From contig CBDAOB010000002.1 of NCBI GenBank assembly GCA_965197905.1, forward strand, positions 192,001 through 256,000: a DNA stretch of 64,000 nt, given 5' to 3'. The DNA is from Candidatus Latescibacterota bacterium. Its GTDB lineage: Bacteria > Latescibacterota > UBA2968 > UBA8231. Below the pieces are notes generated by a model. That model did no database searches. It saw nothing but the letters and a program-made list of their open reading frames with translations, and was not told the DNA's origin. Shown one piece after another: positions 49,674 through 58,172 of the stretch (its first letter is position 1; every line of letters begins with the position of its first letter). The translations under genes and the position numbers were made by a program.

Positions 49674-50972
49674 ATGAATGAGCACGATACCGAACACGCG
49701 ACGTTGCCGCCTGTTGATCAGCATGTTCTCTGGTCCTACGGGAGCGGCAACGTAGGCGTAGGAGACGGCGAGCTTTCGGGTCCGCACACGGCCGACGAAA
49801 ACCCACTCCATCCCGACGAGATCGTCGTCGCCGAGCAGTACGGCAACGACATTCTGATTATCAACCGCTCCACGGGAAAAATGAGAGTGCTTTACGGTGA
49901 ACGAGGGGTCGCCGGCGAGGGCAAACGCCTTTCCGCGGCGCATTCGGCTCACTTCATGCCCTCGGGTCCCTACCGCGAGCATGTGCTGATCACCGAGTAC
50001 CGCGGCGAACATCGGATCATGATGCTGCATCGAGATACGGGAGAAATGCTCTGGTCCTACACCGACCTCGAAGCACCGCTGGAGGCCATTTACTGGGATG
50101 ACGATCACATCATGGCTTCGGATCGAGACTTCGGCGTTTTCAAGATTCGCCTCAGCGACGGTGCCAAGGTGTGGCAATTCGATCCCCAACCCCGATGCCG
50201 CCCCTTTTATTTGCAAAGACTTTTTCCGGAATTCTGCGATTCCTACGGCGGCGATCTGCTGGTCGGGTACTGGGGGGGCAATACGGTCGTGCGCGAGGTC
50301 GATACTGAGACCAGCGAAACGGTCTGGATCTACGGCGACAGCGAACAGGGCGCCGGAGATCTGTACAACCACCTGTATTGCGCGGTGCGCGCCCTGCGCT
50401 ACGGGACCAACGAACGCGGCGGCGGTTTGACCATCATCGTGGACGAAAAAACCCGCATCTTTTGCGTCAACCAGGACAAAGAATTGATTTGGGAGTTGGG
50501 TGGCGCCAGCGGTGAAAACCGGTATATATCAACGCAGTACGGTATGTCGCCGACCTACGTTCATGTGACCCGCCGGGGAACCCTTCTGATCACAGACTGG
50601 GGTCGCAACATGATCTACGAGGTAAGCCCCTTTTGCATCCCGACGCGAATGGAGAAAGACGCGTACCTGTTCAAGGGTTGTGCCACCACCGATGATTTTG
50701 TCGATAGCGGAATCATGGAATCGAGGGGGTACCGCCACAAGAATCTGCAGATCTTCAATACGGATGCCGCGGGTTCTCTGCAATGGCAGCTTCTCGGGTC
50801 TCGAAACGCCCGGGACTGGCAGCTAATCCACGAGCCCGAGGAAGCGCTGGGTCCGAATCGGAATGCCTACTTCCTGGTCGATGGACCGTGGAATTACGTG
50901 ATGACGCGCGCCAGGTCGGCAGCAGCGGGAAAACCCGCGACCATCGATGCGTTTCTCACCATGCGGCGTTAG
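49674..50972 (+). CDS. Cytoplasmic beta-propeller hypothetical protein (NHL/PQQ/arylsulfotransferase-like repeats)
   Basis: Repeats 'LITE..RI...TGE.LW.Y', 'G.LLITDW..N.I.EV'. Confidence 0.65.
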   Translation: MNEHDTEHATLPPVDQHVLWSYGSGNVGVGDGELSGPHTADENPLHPDEIVVAEQYGNDILIINRSTGKMRVLYGERGVAGEGKRLSAAHSAHFMPSGPYREHVLITEYRGEHRIMMLHRDTGEMLWSYTDLEAPLEAIYWDDDHIMASDRDFGVFKIRLSDGAKVWQFDPQPRCRPFYLQRLFPEFCDSYGGDLLVGYWGGNTVVREVDTETSETVWIYGDSEQGAGDLYNHLYCAVRALRYGTNERGGGLTIIVDEKTRIFCVNQDKELIWELGGASGENRYISTQYGMSPTYVHVTRRGTLLITDWGRNMIYEVSPFCIPTRMEKDAYLFKGCATTDDFVDSGIMESRGYRHKNLQIFNTDAAGSLQWQLLGSRNARDWQLIHEPEEALGPNRNAYFLVDGPWNYVMTRARSAAAGKPATIDAFLTMRR

Positions 50973-51054
50973 GGGGTTATCGCCAGGGACGGCTTTGAGG
51001 GCTCGCGAAACTACGGGGCGTCCGCAGTGCCGGCTGACCGCTCAGTAAACCGGC

Positions 51055-52017
51055 TTAATCGTCCGGGCTCAAGGGCGGTTGCTGATGGGCGAGGCTATAA
51101 TCCCGATCCTCCAAGGCCGGATGACCCCACGGTCCGAAGCTGCCGAATTCGGCGCACTGATCATCCCCAGGTACGCAGGTCACCTCAATCCCGTCCGCGC
51201 TCACGTCACAGCGATGGAATCCGCAGCGGGTATCCGCGTCGGTCCAGCGTTCGGCAAGCTGCGCCGTATTGCCTCCGGGGAGCGATCGGTACAGGCGAAT
51301 GCCGTCGACGATTTGAACCGGTCGCCCGGTATGAACGTGACCGCAGAAGAGAATCTCGACGCTGGCAGCCTTTAGCGCTTCCCACAACCGCCGGCGGTGG
51401 GGTGGATTGATAGAGAAATACCAGTTGTCGTACTGATTCTCGTCAGTGATGTCCCAGGATGGTTCGTCCAGTTGCTCCATGAAGGGCCAGTAATGCATCA
51501 CCGCCACGTGGTGCCTTGCGCGAGGGAGATGCTGCAACTTATCGAGGAGTCGCCAAAGATGCTTTTCTTGCGGCAGGCCGGTTCCGGCCACGGCAGCGAA
51601 GAATCCGGTGAAACGAACATCTCGATAGGAAAAAGTCCAATGAATCGGTCCGAACCAGGAGGCAAAAAGCTCCAGTCGCCGACGGGTGACATTCAGCGTC
51701 CTGTCATCCCAATAATGCCGCGTGCCGCGCTCCGCTGCCCACTTGTTGCCCACATCCATATTTCCAGGAATAACAAACGTCGGGAAAGGCAGCTCATCCA
51801 GGTCATCTCGAGCGACCTTGTATTCGAACTCGTGACTCTCGCCATCCCGGGTCAGATCGCCGCCATGCAAGAGGAACGCCGCGTCGATAGCTGCCATCTG
51901 TGTACTGATGGCAGCCCATCGCTGGTTGATGGCCGGGCGGAAGCGATAGGATCGAGGCGTGCCGAGATGGCTGTCACAAGCCTGCAGAAAGGTCCACGAA
52001 CTCGTCTGACTGATCAT
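51055..52017 (-). CDS. Calcineurin-like metallophosphoesterase
   Basis: 'DSH', 'GGDL', 'PGNMD', 'H', 'GHVH'. Confidence 0.85.
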   Translation of the reverse strand: MISQTSSWTFLQACDSHLGTPRSYRFRPAINQRWAAISTQMAAIDAAFLLHGGDLTRDGESHEFEYKVARDDLDELPFPTFVIPGNMDVGNKWAAERGTRHYWDDRTLNVTRRRLELFASWFGPIHWTFSYRDVRFTGFFAAVAGTGLPQEKHLWRLLDKLQHLPRARHHVAVMHYWPFMEQLDEPSWDITDENQYDNWYFSINPPHRRRLWEALKAASVEILFCGHVHTGRPVQIVDGIRLYRSLPGGNTAQLAERWTDADTRCGFHRCDVSADGIEVTCVPGDDQCAEFGSFGPWGHPALEDRDYSLAHQQPPLSPDD

Positions 52018-52202
52018 TAGTCCCGTCCTTTGTCGGTCTTGCTGAAGAGATGCGCGCTGTCTGGGAACGACGTCAAGTTCGAACCCCCGGTCGAAAAAAT
52101 TGTGTTGACGCTAACAAAAAGATGTATGCAGCACAACCATAGACAAATGTCCGCATTTGGTGTTGACTATTTGCTACTTGCCTATTCTCTGCAGGAAGAC
52201 CG

Positions 52203-53450
52203 ATGAATCAGTATGACTGGATCATAGCAGGTGGCCGTGTCATCGACCCCGCCAACGACATCGACGACGAACTCGATGTCGGCATCTCGGCGGGTGAGAT
52301 CGCCGCCGTCGGCATGGGGCTCGATGGGGCGGCGGCAGACCAGGTGTACGATGCGTCCGGCAAGATAGTGGTGCCGGGTTTCATCGACATCCACGCGCAC
52401 TGCTACCAGGGGGGTACTCCGTCGGGAGTGGACATCGACCATTATGGCCTGGGGCGAGGAGCGACGACGTGCGTCGACGCTGGCAGCTCCGGCTGTGACA
52501 CCTTCGACGACTTCCGCGTCAACGCAGTGGAGCGCTACGATTCACGGGTCGTGGCCTTTCTCAACATCTCGCGTGTGGGCTTGTCCGTAACACACGCCGA
52601 CGACGGCCGTGAGCTGGAGCATCTCGGGCGGCCGGAATACATCAACCACGCCGATTGTGCGAAGTGCATCGAGTCCAACCGCGACGTCCTCATCGGGGCG
52701 AAGGTGCTGTTGTCAGCAGCGCTCGCCGACGACGGTCGCAACGAAGCGCAAGCCCTCCACGAAGCGCAGCAGGCGGCAGCGGCCACCAGTACGCCACTGA
52801 TGGCTCATCACGCCGTCTCCACCGTACCGCTGGAAGATTGTCCGGGCGGCATGCGAGAGGGCGATATCTATACCCACTGCTACCACGGATTCGAGAGCAC
52901 GATCATCGACCCGGAAAGCCGCCAGGTGCATTCGGCGGCGCGCGCGGCGCGACAGAATGGTGTCCTTTTCGACATCGGGCACGGCATGGGAGCTCTCAAC
53001 TGGACCGTGGGAGAGATCTGCGCGGCGGAAGGATTCTGGCCGGACATCATCGGCACCGATCTACACACCGGTACCTTTGAGGGTCCAGCCTACGACATGC
53101 CCACCGTGCTGACGCGGATGCTGCATCTGGGCATGTCTCTTGGAGAAGTGATCCGCTGTGCGACGATTGCGCCGGCTGCAGCGATCGGATGGTCCGACCG
53201 CATTGGTACGCTGGGCGTCGGCCGCGAGGCAGACGTAGCCGTGCTCAGCCTCGACGATGCGGACATGGACCTGGAGGACTGTCAGGGTCAGATGCGTCGC
53301 ATCAAGCGGCGCCTCATAGCAAACGCGGTCTGGCGCGCAGGCGTGTCCGCCGCAATTACGAAGCCGCGCTGTTTTCCCAACCAGCAGAGGATCGCGGAAC
53401 AGCGGGAGAATTGGCCGAATCTGGTGATCAGGGATGCCTCGCTCGATTGA
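52203..53450 (+). CDS. Amidohydrolase / dihydroorotase-like deacetylase family
   Basis: 'PGFIDIHAH', 'DAGS', Lys 'GAK', 'THC', 'GTDLH'. Confidence 0.88.
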   Translation: MNQYDWIIAGGRVIDPANDIDDELDVGISAGEIAAVGMGLDGAAADQVYDASGKIVVPGFIDIHAHCYQGGTPSGVDIDHYGLGRGATTCVDAGSSGCDTFDDFRVNAVERYDSRVVAFLNISRVGLSVTHADDGRELEHLGRPEYINHADCAKCIESNRDVLIGAKVLLSAALADDGRNEAQALHEAQQAAAATSTPLMAHHAVSTVPLEDCPGGMREGDIYTHCYHGFESTIIDPESRQVHSAARAARQNGVLFDIGHGMGALNWTVGEICAAEGFWPDIIGTDLHTGTFEGPAYDMPTVLTRMLHLGMSLGEVIRCATIAPAAAIGWSDRIGTLGVGREADVAVLSLDDADMDLEDCQGQMRRIKRRLIANAVWRAGVSAAITKPRCFPNQQRIAEQRENWPNLVIRDASLD

Positions 53451-53492
53451 GCCCGCCTGTCTAGCCGGGCTTAACCTGTATCGCAATTTGTT

Positions 53493-54161
53493 GTGAGGAA
53501 CTTTCCATTACGTGGTGTCATTGGCATAGTTGCCAACGCAGCCAACGAACTTGACTTTGCTGTATCTAAACAGCTGCAATGTGTTGAGGTGCGGGCTGAC
53601 CTGCTGCTCGACGCGGGCTTATCGTTGGACCATGTCCTGCATATCGTAGAGCAGGCTCAGGAGCGGGATCTGGCCTGTCTGTTTACTCTGCGCCACCCAA
53701 GCCACGGTGGCAAGTTCGATGGCGACGAGCAACAGCGGGTTGCCATCAACGGTCAGGCATTGGCGGCAGGGGCCGACCTCATAGATCTGGAATGGGGTAC
53801 CGAAGCTGCAGAGCAGCTACTTTCGGAAGATACACCGATGGTACTCAGCCATCACGATTTCGAAGGCATGCCGAACGGACATGAATTGACAGCGTTAACC
53901 GAGAATATGAGTAGGGCAAAACCGAGTGCCATAAAGATTGTACCAACTGCCGCGACTCCTGCCGACGCCGCCCGCATGTTGCGCTGGGTGGCGGATGCCG
54001 ATGCGGATATCTCGCGTATCGGCTTCGCTATGGGAGCAGCCGGTGCCTGCAGCCGCGTTCTGACCATAGCATTTGGGGCACCAATTACCTACGCGAGTTT
54101 TGGTCGACCTGTCGCGCCTGGTCAGGTCGCCATCGATGATCTGCTGGAACTCTACCGCTAA
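53493..54161 (+). CDS. aroD: Type I 3-dehydroquinate dehydratase
   Basis: 'EVRAD', 'TLR...GG', 'DLE', 'SHHDF', Schiff-base 'KIV', 'MG..G..SR', 'APGQ'. Confidence 0.88.
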   Translation: MRNFPLRGVIGIVANAANELDFAVSKQLQCVEVRADLLLDAGLSLDHVLHIVEQAQERDLACLFTLRHPSHGGKFDGDEQQRVAINGQALAAGADLIDLEWGTEAAEQLLSEDTPMVLSHHDFEGMPNGHELTALTENMSRAKPSAIKIVPTAATPADAARMLRWVADADADISRIGFAMGAAGACSRVLTIAFGAPITYASFGRPVAPGQVAIDDLLELYR

Positions 54162-54188
54162 AAGGCTTTTAGATGGCGGGGATCGATC

Positions 54189-54522
54189 TCAGTCATCGCA
54201 TTCCAGCTCGACCTCGGCGCCGGTGGCTTCGAGAGTGCTTTTCATGCTCTCGGCCTCCTCCTCCGAGTCCTTCGGCGACCGTAGTCGGGGCGGCTTCGAC
54301 GAACTCCTTGGCTTCCCGGAGTCCGAGTGCGGTCACTTCTCTTACCGCCTTGATCACATCGACCTTGTTTGGCCCCATGGAAGAGAGGATCAGGGTATAG
54401 GATTCGCAATCGTCAGCTACGAGACAATCTGGTTGCAGCAGGAGAGCGACAGTGAGGACGGCAAGAATGGTTGTATCTCCGCGAAGGATGCTATAATTAC
54501 CCAAATATGTTCGACATGGCAC
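54189..54522 (-). pseudogene. Ribosomal protein L7/L12 C-terminal-domain paralog with signal-peptide-like N-terminus, frameshifted at ~54265
   Basis: 'NKVDVIKAVREVTALGLREAKEFVEAAP..V.EG', then in a shifted frame 'SEEEAESMKSTLEATGAEVELECDD*'; start uncertain. Confidence 0.8.
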
Positions 54523-54695
54523 AGAAAACGGTGATACGCATCAACATTCTCGAAAAACTTTAGCACCGAACGATTGGCTGGCGAAAGGCCGCATCGAACT
54601 GCAGATTACTTAGGGACATCGTAGAAAGATTGACCGACAACGATGTTTTCAACCGATGAGATGAATCGAGTATGCGGCGTGCCGGAGATCAAGAT

Positions 54696-55733
54696 ATGGC
54701 GATAGACGAGGCGGCCCGTGCCCGCTTCGCCGAGGATGGCTATTTGGTCTTGCGCGGCCTCCTCGACCCGAAGCGCGATCTCGCACTCCTTCGCGTGGAG
54801 TACGAGTCGCTGCTGGCCGAGGTCGCGGCGCGACTCAGGTGCGAAGGGGTCGTCTCCTCTACGTATGCGGAGCTGCCGTTCGCTGAGCGTTTCTGCGCCC
54901 TCGTCATGGAGATGGGAGGGTCGCTGATGAACCATCTCGATATCTGCCTGCCGCAAAAGGGGGTGACAGCCGACACCCCGGTCCACTGCGGTCCGGGCGC
55001 TTTCGGTCTGCTCACCAATCCCCGTCTGCTAGACGCGGTGGAGGCCATCGTTGGCCCCGAGATCTACGCCAACCCGACCCAGCACGTGCGGATCAAACCG
55101 CCGGAGGACTGTCTGCCGCACGATAACACCATCGTCCCTGAGATCTATCAGGCCCCCTGGCACCAGGATCTTGGGACGGCAATGCCGGAAGCAGACGAGA
55201 GCCGGATCCTGACGGTGTGGATTCCGGTCACCAAAGCTACCAAGGAGAATGGCTGTCTGCTGGTAGCGCCGGGCAGCCACAAGCGAGGCCTCGCCACCCA
55301 CTGTCACGACCCGCGTGCGAGCTACAGCCGGCAGGCTATTCCCGAACAGCTGGTAGGTGATCGCATCCCGCTGGAGATGGAACCTGGAGACGTCCTGTTC
55401 TTGACCAAGCTCACCATGCACGCCTCGCTGCCCAACCTGAGCCAGGAGATTCGTTGGAGTGTGGATTTGCGCTATCAGCCCATCGGCGAGCCCACCGGCA
55501 GGTCCTGGTTCCCGGGCTTCGTCGCTCGCAGCCGGGCGGCGCCGGAGAGCGTGCTGCCGGATGCCGCAGCTTGGGCAGTGCTCTGGCACCAGGCGCGCGA
55601 GAAGCTCGCTGCGGAGTCTGCCCCGTCCTTTCAGCGCTGGCTGGAAGGCAACGTGGACTGGCGTAACTGCCCTAAGCCGAGCGCTCCTACTGTGTCCGAC
55701 GCAGCCGCCGCCCTGTCAGTTTTGCTTGACTGA
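54696..55733 (+). CDS. PhyH-family dioxygenase
   Basis: 'F.EDGYLVL', 'PWHQD', 'WIP...ATKENGC', 'TMHAS', 'RWS.DLRY'. Confidence 0.9.
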   Translation: MAIDEAARARFAEDGYLVLRGLLDPKRDLALLRVEYESLLAEVAARLRCEGVVSSTYAELPFAERFCALVMEMGGSLMNHLDICLPQKGVTADTPVHCGPGAFGLLTNPRLLDAVEAIVGPEIYANPTQHVRIKPPEDCLPHDNTIVPEIYQAPWHQDLGTAMPEADESRILTVWIPVTKATKENGCLLVAPGSHKRGLATHCHDPRASYSRQAIPEQLVGDRIPLEMEPGDVLFLTKLTMHASLPNLSQEIRWSVDLRYQPIGEPTGRSWFPGFVARSRAAPESVLPDAAAWAVLWHQAREKLAAESAPSFQRWLEGNVDWRNCPKPSAPTVSDAAAALSVLLD

Positions 55734-55761
55734 TGTGCCAAGTAATATTAGCGTTTACATC

Positions 55762-56823
55762 ATGACACAGGCCAAACAAGCACCTGACGTCGCCGGCCTC
55801 GACGACGGAACCGAGAACAGGGACGCGCGCGGCGAATGGATGCCGCGCATCCTGGGCAAGGCGATGCCGTTCGCCTGGCCCGTCCAGCCGAAGAAGCTGC
55901 TCCAATTTTTCCTCGGCTTTCCCGGGTTTCTCTGGCCTTTGGGAGCGGCGCTCCATTACGGGGTGGCGGCTCTGACGTGGTACTATCTCCAACCCGGGGC
56001 GGACCAGCTGAGCAACTTCAGTCAGCTGAGCGTCGGTTGGGTTCTGCCGATGTACGCGCGCAATGTGGCGATGCTGCTGCTAGTCGCGGGCACGTTGCAC
56101 GGTATGCTTTACTGGCGTCGCGTGCAGGGTACCCGCTTCAAGTACAATTCCCGGTGGCCGAGCACCTCCAGCAAGGCGTTCCTTTTCAACGACCAGGTCA
56201 AGGACAACATGTTCTGGAGTGTCGCCAGCGGCGCCACCATCTGGACGCTGTACGAAGTATTCATGCTGTGGGCGTACGGCAACGGCTGGGCACCCTTTAT
56301 CACGCTGCGAAGCAACCCGTTCGTGTTCGTCGCGCTGGCCATCGTTCTGCCGTTCTGGCAAGACCTTCACTTCTATATAGTACACCGAATCTCGCACTGG
56401 AAGCCAATCTACGACGCCGCACACTACCTGCATCACCGCAACACCAACGTGGGGCCATGGTCCGGTCTGTCCATGCACCCGATCGAACACATTCTCTATT
56501 TCACACGCTGGATCATCCTGTTCGTCGTGCCCTCACATCCGATCCACATGTTCTTCCTGATGCAGCGTCCGGCGCTCAACCCCGCGCTGGGGCACACCGG
56601 TTTCGACCGTATCGTCCTGAAGAAGGACGCCGAAGGCATGTCCGTCGACTCCTACTTCCATTATCTGCATCACCGCTTCTTCGAGTGTAACTACGGCACT
56701 CCGACAGTGCCGTTCGACCGCTGGTTTGGCTCCCTCCACGATGGAACCCCGGAGTCATACGAGAAGATGCGTTTGAAGCGAAAAATGCCAGGGGAGACAG
56801 AGACCAGCCCGCAGAGCGCCTAG
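55762..56823 (+). CDS. Sterol desaturase / fatty-acid hydroxylase family membrane di-iron enzyme
   Basis: His boxes 'HFYIVHRISH', 'HYLHH', 'FHYLHH', 'NYG'. Confidence 0.9.
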   Translation: MTQAKQAPDVAGLDDGTENRDARGEWMPRILGKAMPFAWPVQPKKLLQFFLGFPGFLWPLGAALHYGVAALTWYYLQPGADQLSNFSQLSVGWVLPMYARNVAMLLLVAGTLHGMLYWRRVQGTRFKYNSRWPSTSSKAFLFNDQVKDNMFWSVASGATIWTLYEVFMLWAYGNGWAPFITLRSNPFVFVALAIVLPFWQDLHFYIVHRISHWKPIYDAAHYLHHRNTNVGPWSGLSMHPIEHILYFTRWIILFVVPSHPIHMFFLMQRPALNPALGHTGFDRIVLKKDAEGMSVDSYFHYLHHRFFECNYGTPTVPFDRWFGSLHDGTPESYEKMRLKRKMPGETETSPQSA

Positions 56824-56968
56824 TGCACTGACAAAGCACGGTGCTGCATCTACCTGCGCCGCGTTCCATCTCGGACTCGATGCTGAGTCCCCCGTCATAG
56901 CCTTCACCTTCCTGTCCCGAGAACGCCGCCTCTTCCGTATACCAAATTAGTAGATGGGAGCTAGACAG

Positions 56969-58090
56969 ATGGAGATTGTCGAAAGCGGTATTATTGCGCG
57001 CAGCGAAGCGGGAACCGCCCGCGCCGCGCTAACCTTTCCATGTCTTCTTTCCTTGTCAGACGGCACCCTTCTGGCAACTGCGCACGCCGGGTCAACGAAG
57101 GACGCGGCGGACGAGGCGGTCGAATTATACCGGTCTCAGGATGGAGGGCGCACCTGGAGTGAAGCGAGGCGGCCGTTTGGTGAAACAGAGGTCAACGGTG
57201 TGGTTGGCTCGCTCAGGACTGGTTATCTGACCGAGCTGGAGCCAGGGCACCTCATTGCGAGTCTGATGTGGGTCGACCGCCAGACCTTTCCGGGCATGCC
57301 GCTGTTCAATGAGGAAACCGAAGGTTGCCTGCCCATGGCGATTATGCTGGCTGACTCCGCCGATGGGGGCGAGACCTGGTCGCCGCTAAGGGTCGTGCCC
57401 ATACCTGCCTCGATCGGGCCGCCGAGCCTCACGAGCCCTGTGCTGAAGCTGGCGGACGGCACACTGGCACTGAGTATCGAAACGAACAAGCAGTATCTGG
57501 ACAGCACAAAGTGGTACCAACGCGTGGTGTTTTTCCACTCCAGGGACGGTGGCGAAACCTGGGAAGACCCCGTCACCGCCGGCGAGGATCCAAGCGGGCG
57601 TATCTTCTACTGGGACCTGCGCGCCGGCGTCGCCCCCGATGGCCGGGTCGGCATTTTCTCCTGGACCTATGACAGCAAGCTAAACAAATATCTCAATATT
57701 CATCGCCGGATCAGCGCCGATGGCGGCAGGGTCTGGTCGTCGCCGGAGGATCTTGGCTTCACTGATCAGGCGGCGCATCCGGCTATACTGGCGGACGGCC
57801 GCGTGGTGCTGGCCTGGGTTGACCGCTTCGGCAGCGAGTCCATAAGGGCGCGCCAGGCGAATGCCATCGATGCACCGTTCGAACCCGATACGGAGGTCGC
57901 GGTGTACGAACACCAGCTGGCAGCGACGGCTACCGGCAACACCGGAGAGCTTTTGAGCGACATGAAAATCTGGAGCTTTGGCCTTCCGTATGCGGAAGCA
58001 CTGCCAGATGGCGACGTGCTGGTGACATATTATGCGGGCACGGACGCTTCCATGGATATCCACTGGTCCCGCCTACGCCTGGATGGGTGA
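56969..58090 (+). CDS. BNR/Asp-box sialidase-like protein
   Basis: Four S-x-D-G-G-x-x-W boxes, 'FG.P', 'YYAG'. Confidence 0.85.
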   Translation: MEIVESGIIARSEAGTARAALTFPCLLSLSDGTLLATAHAGSTKDAADEAVELYRSQDGGRTWSEARRPFGETEVNGVVGSLRTGYLTELEPGHLIASLMWVDRQTFPGMPLFNEETEGCLPMAIMLADSADGGETWSPLRVVPIPASIGPPSLTSPVLKLADGTLALSIETNKQYLDSTKWYQRVVFFHSRDGGETWEDPVTAGEDPSGRIFYWDLRAGVAPDGRVGIFSWTYDSKLNKYLNIHRRISADGGRVWSSPEDLGFTDQAAHPAILADGRVVLAWVDRFGSESIRARQANAIDAPFEPDTEVAVYEHQLAATATGNTGELLSDMKIWSFGLPYAEALPDGDVLVTYYAGTDASMDIHWSRLRLDG

Positions 58091-58172
58091 GCATCAAGCT
58101 GGCCGGGAACCCCCTGGATATCACTGAGGCGCTGGTTGCCCTCGGTGGCCGCCAGACCCCGCGGTTCGTTGC

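Noticed and set aside
52101..52190. Two TGTTGAC...TAT promoter-like motifs upstream of the amidohydrolase
   Set aside because: Both have 14-bp spacers, too short for canonical sigma70; not supportable.
53493..54161. Truncated aroDE fusion
   Set aside because: The AroD domain looks complete and no aroE remnant is visible after the stop.
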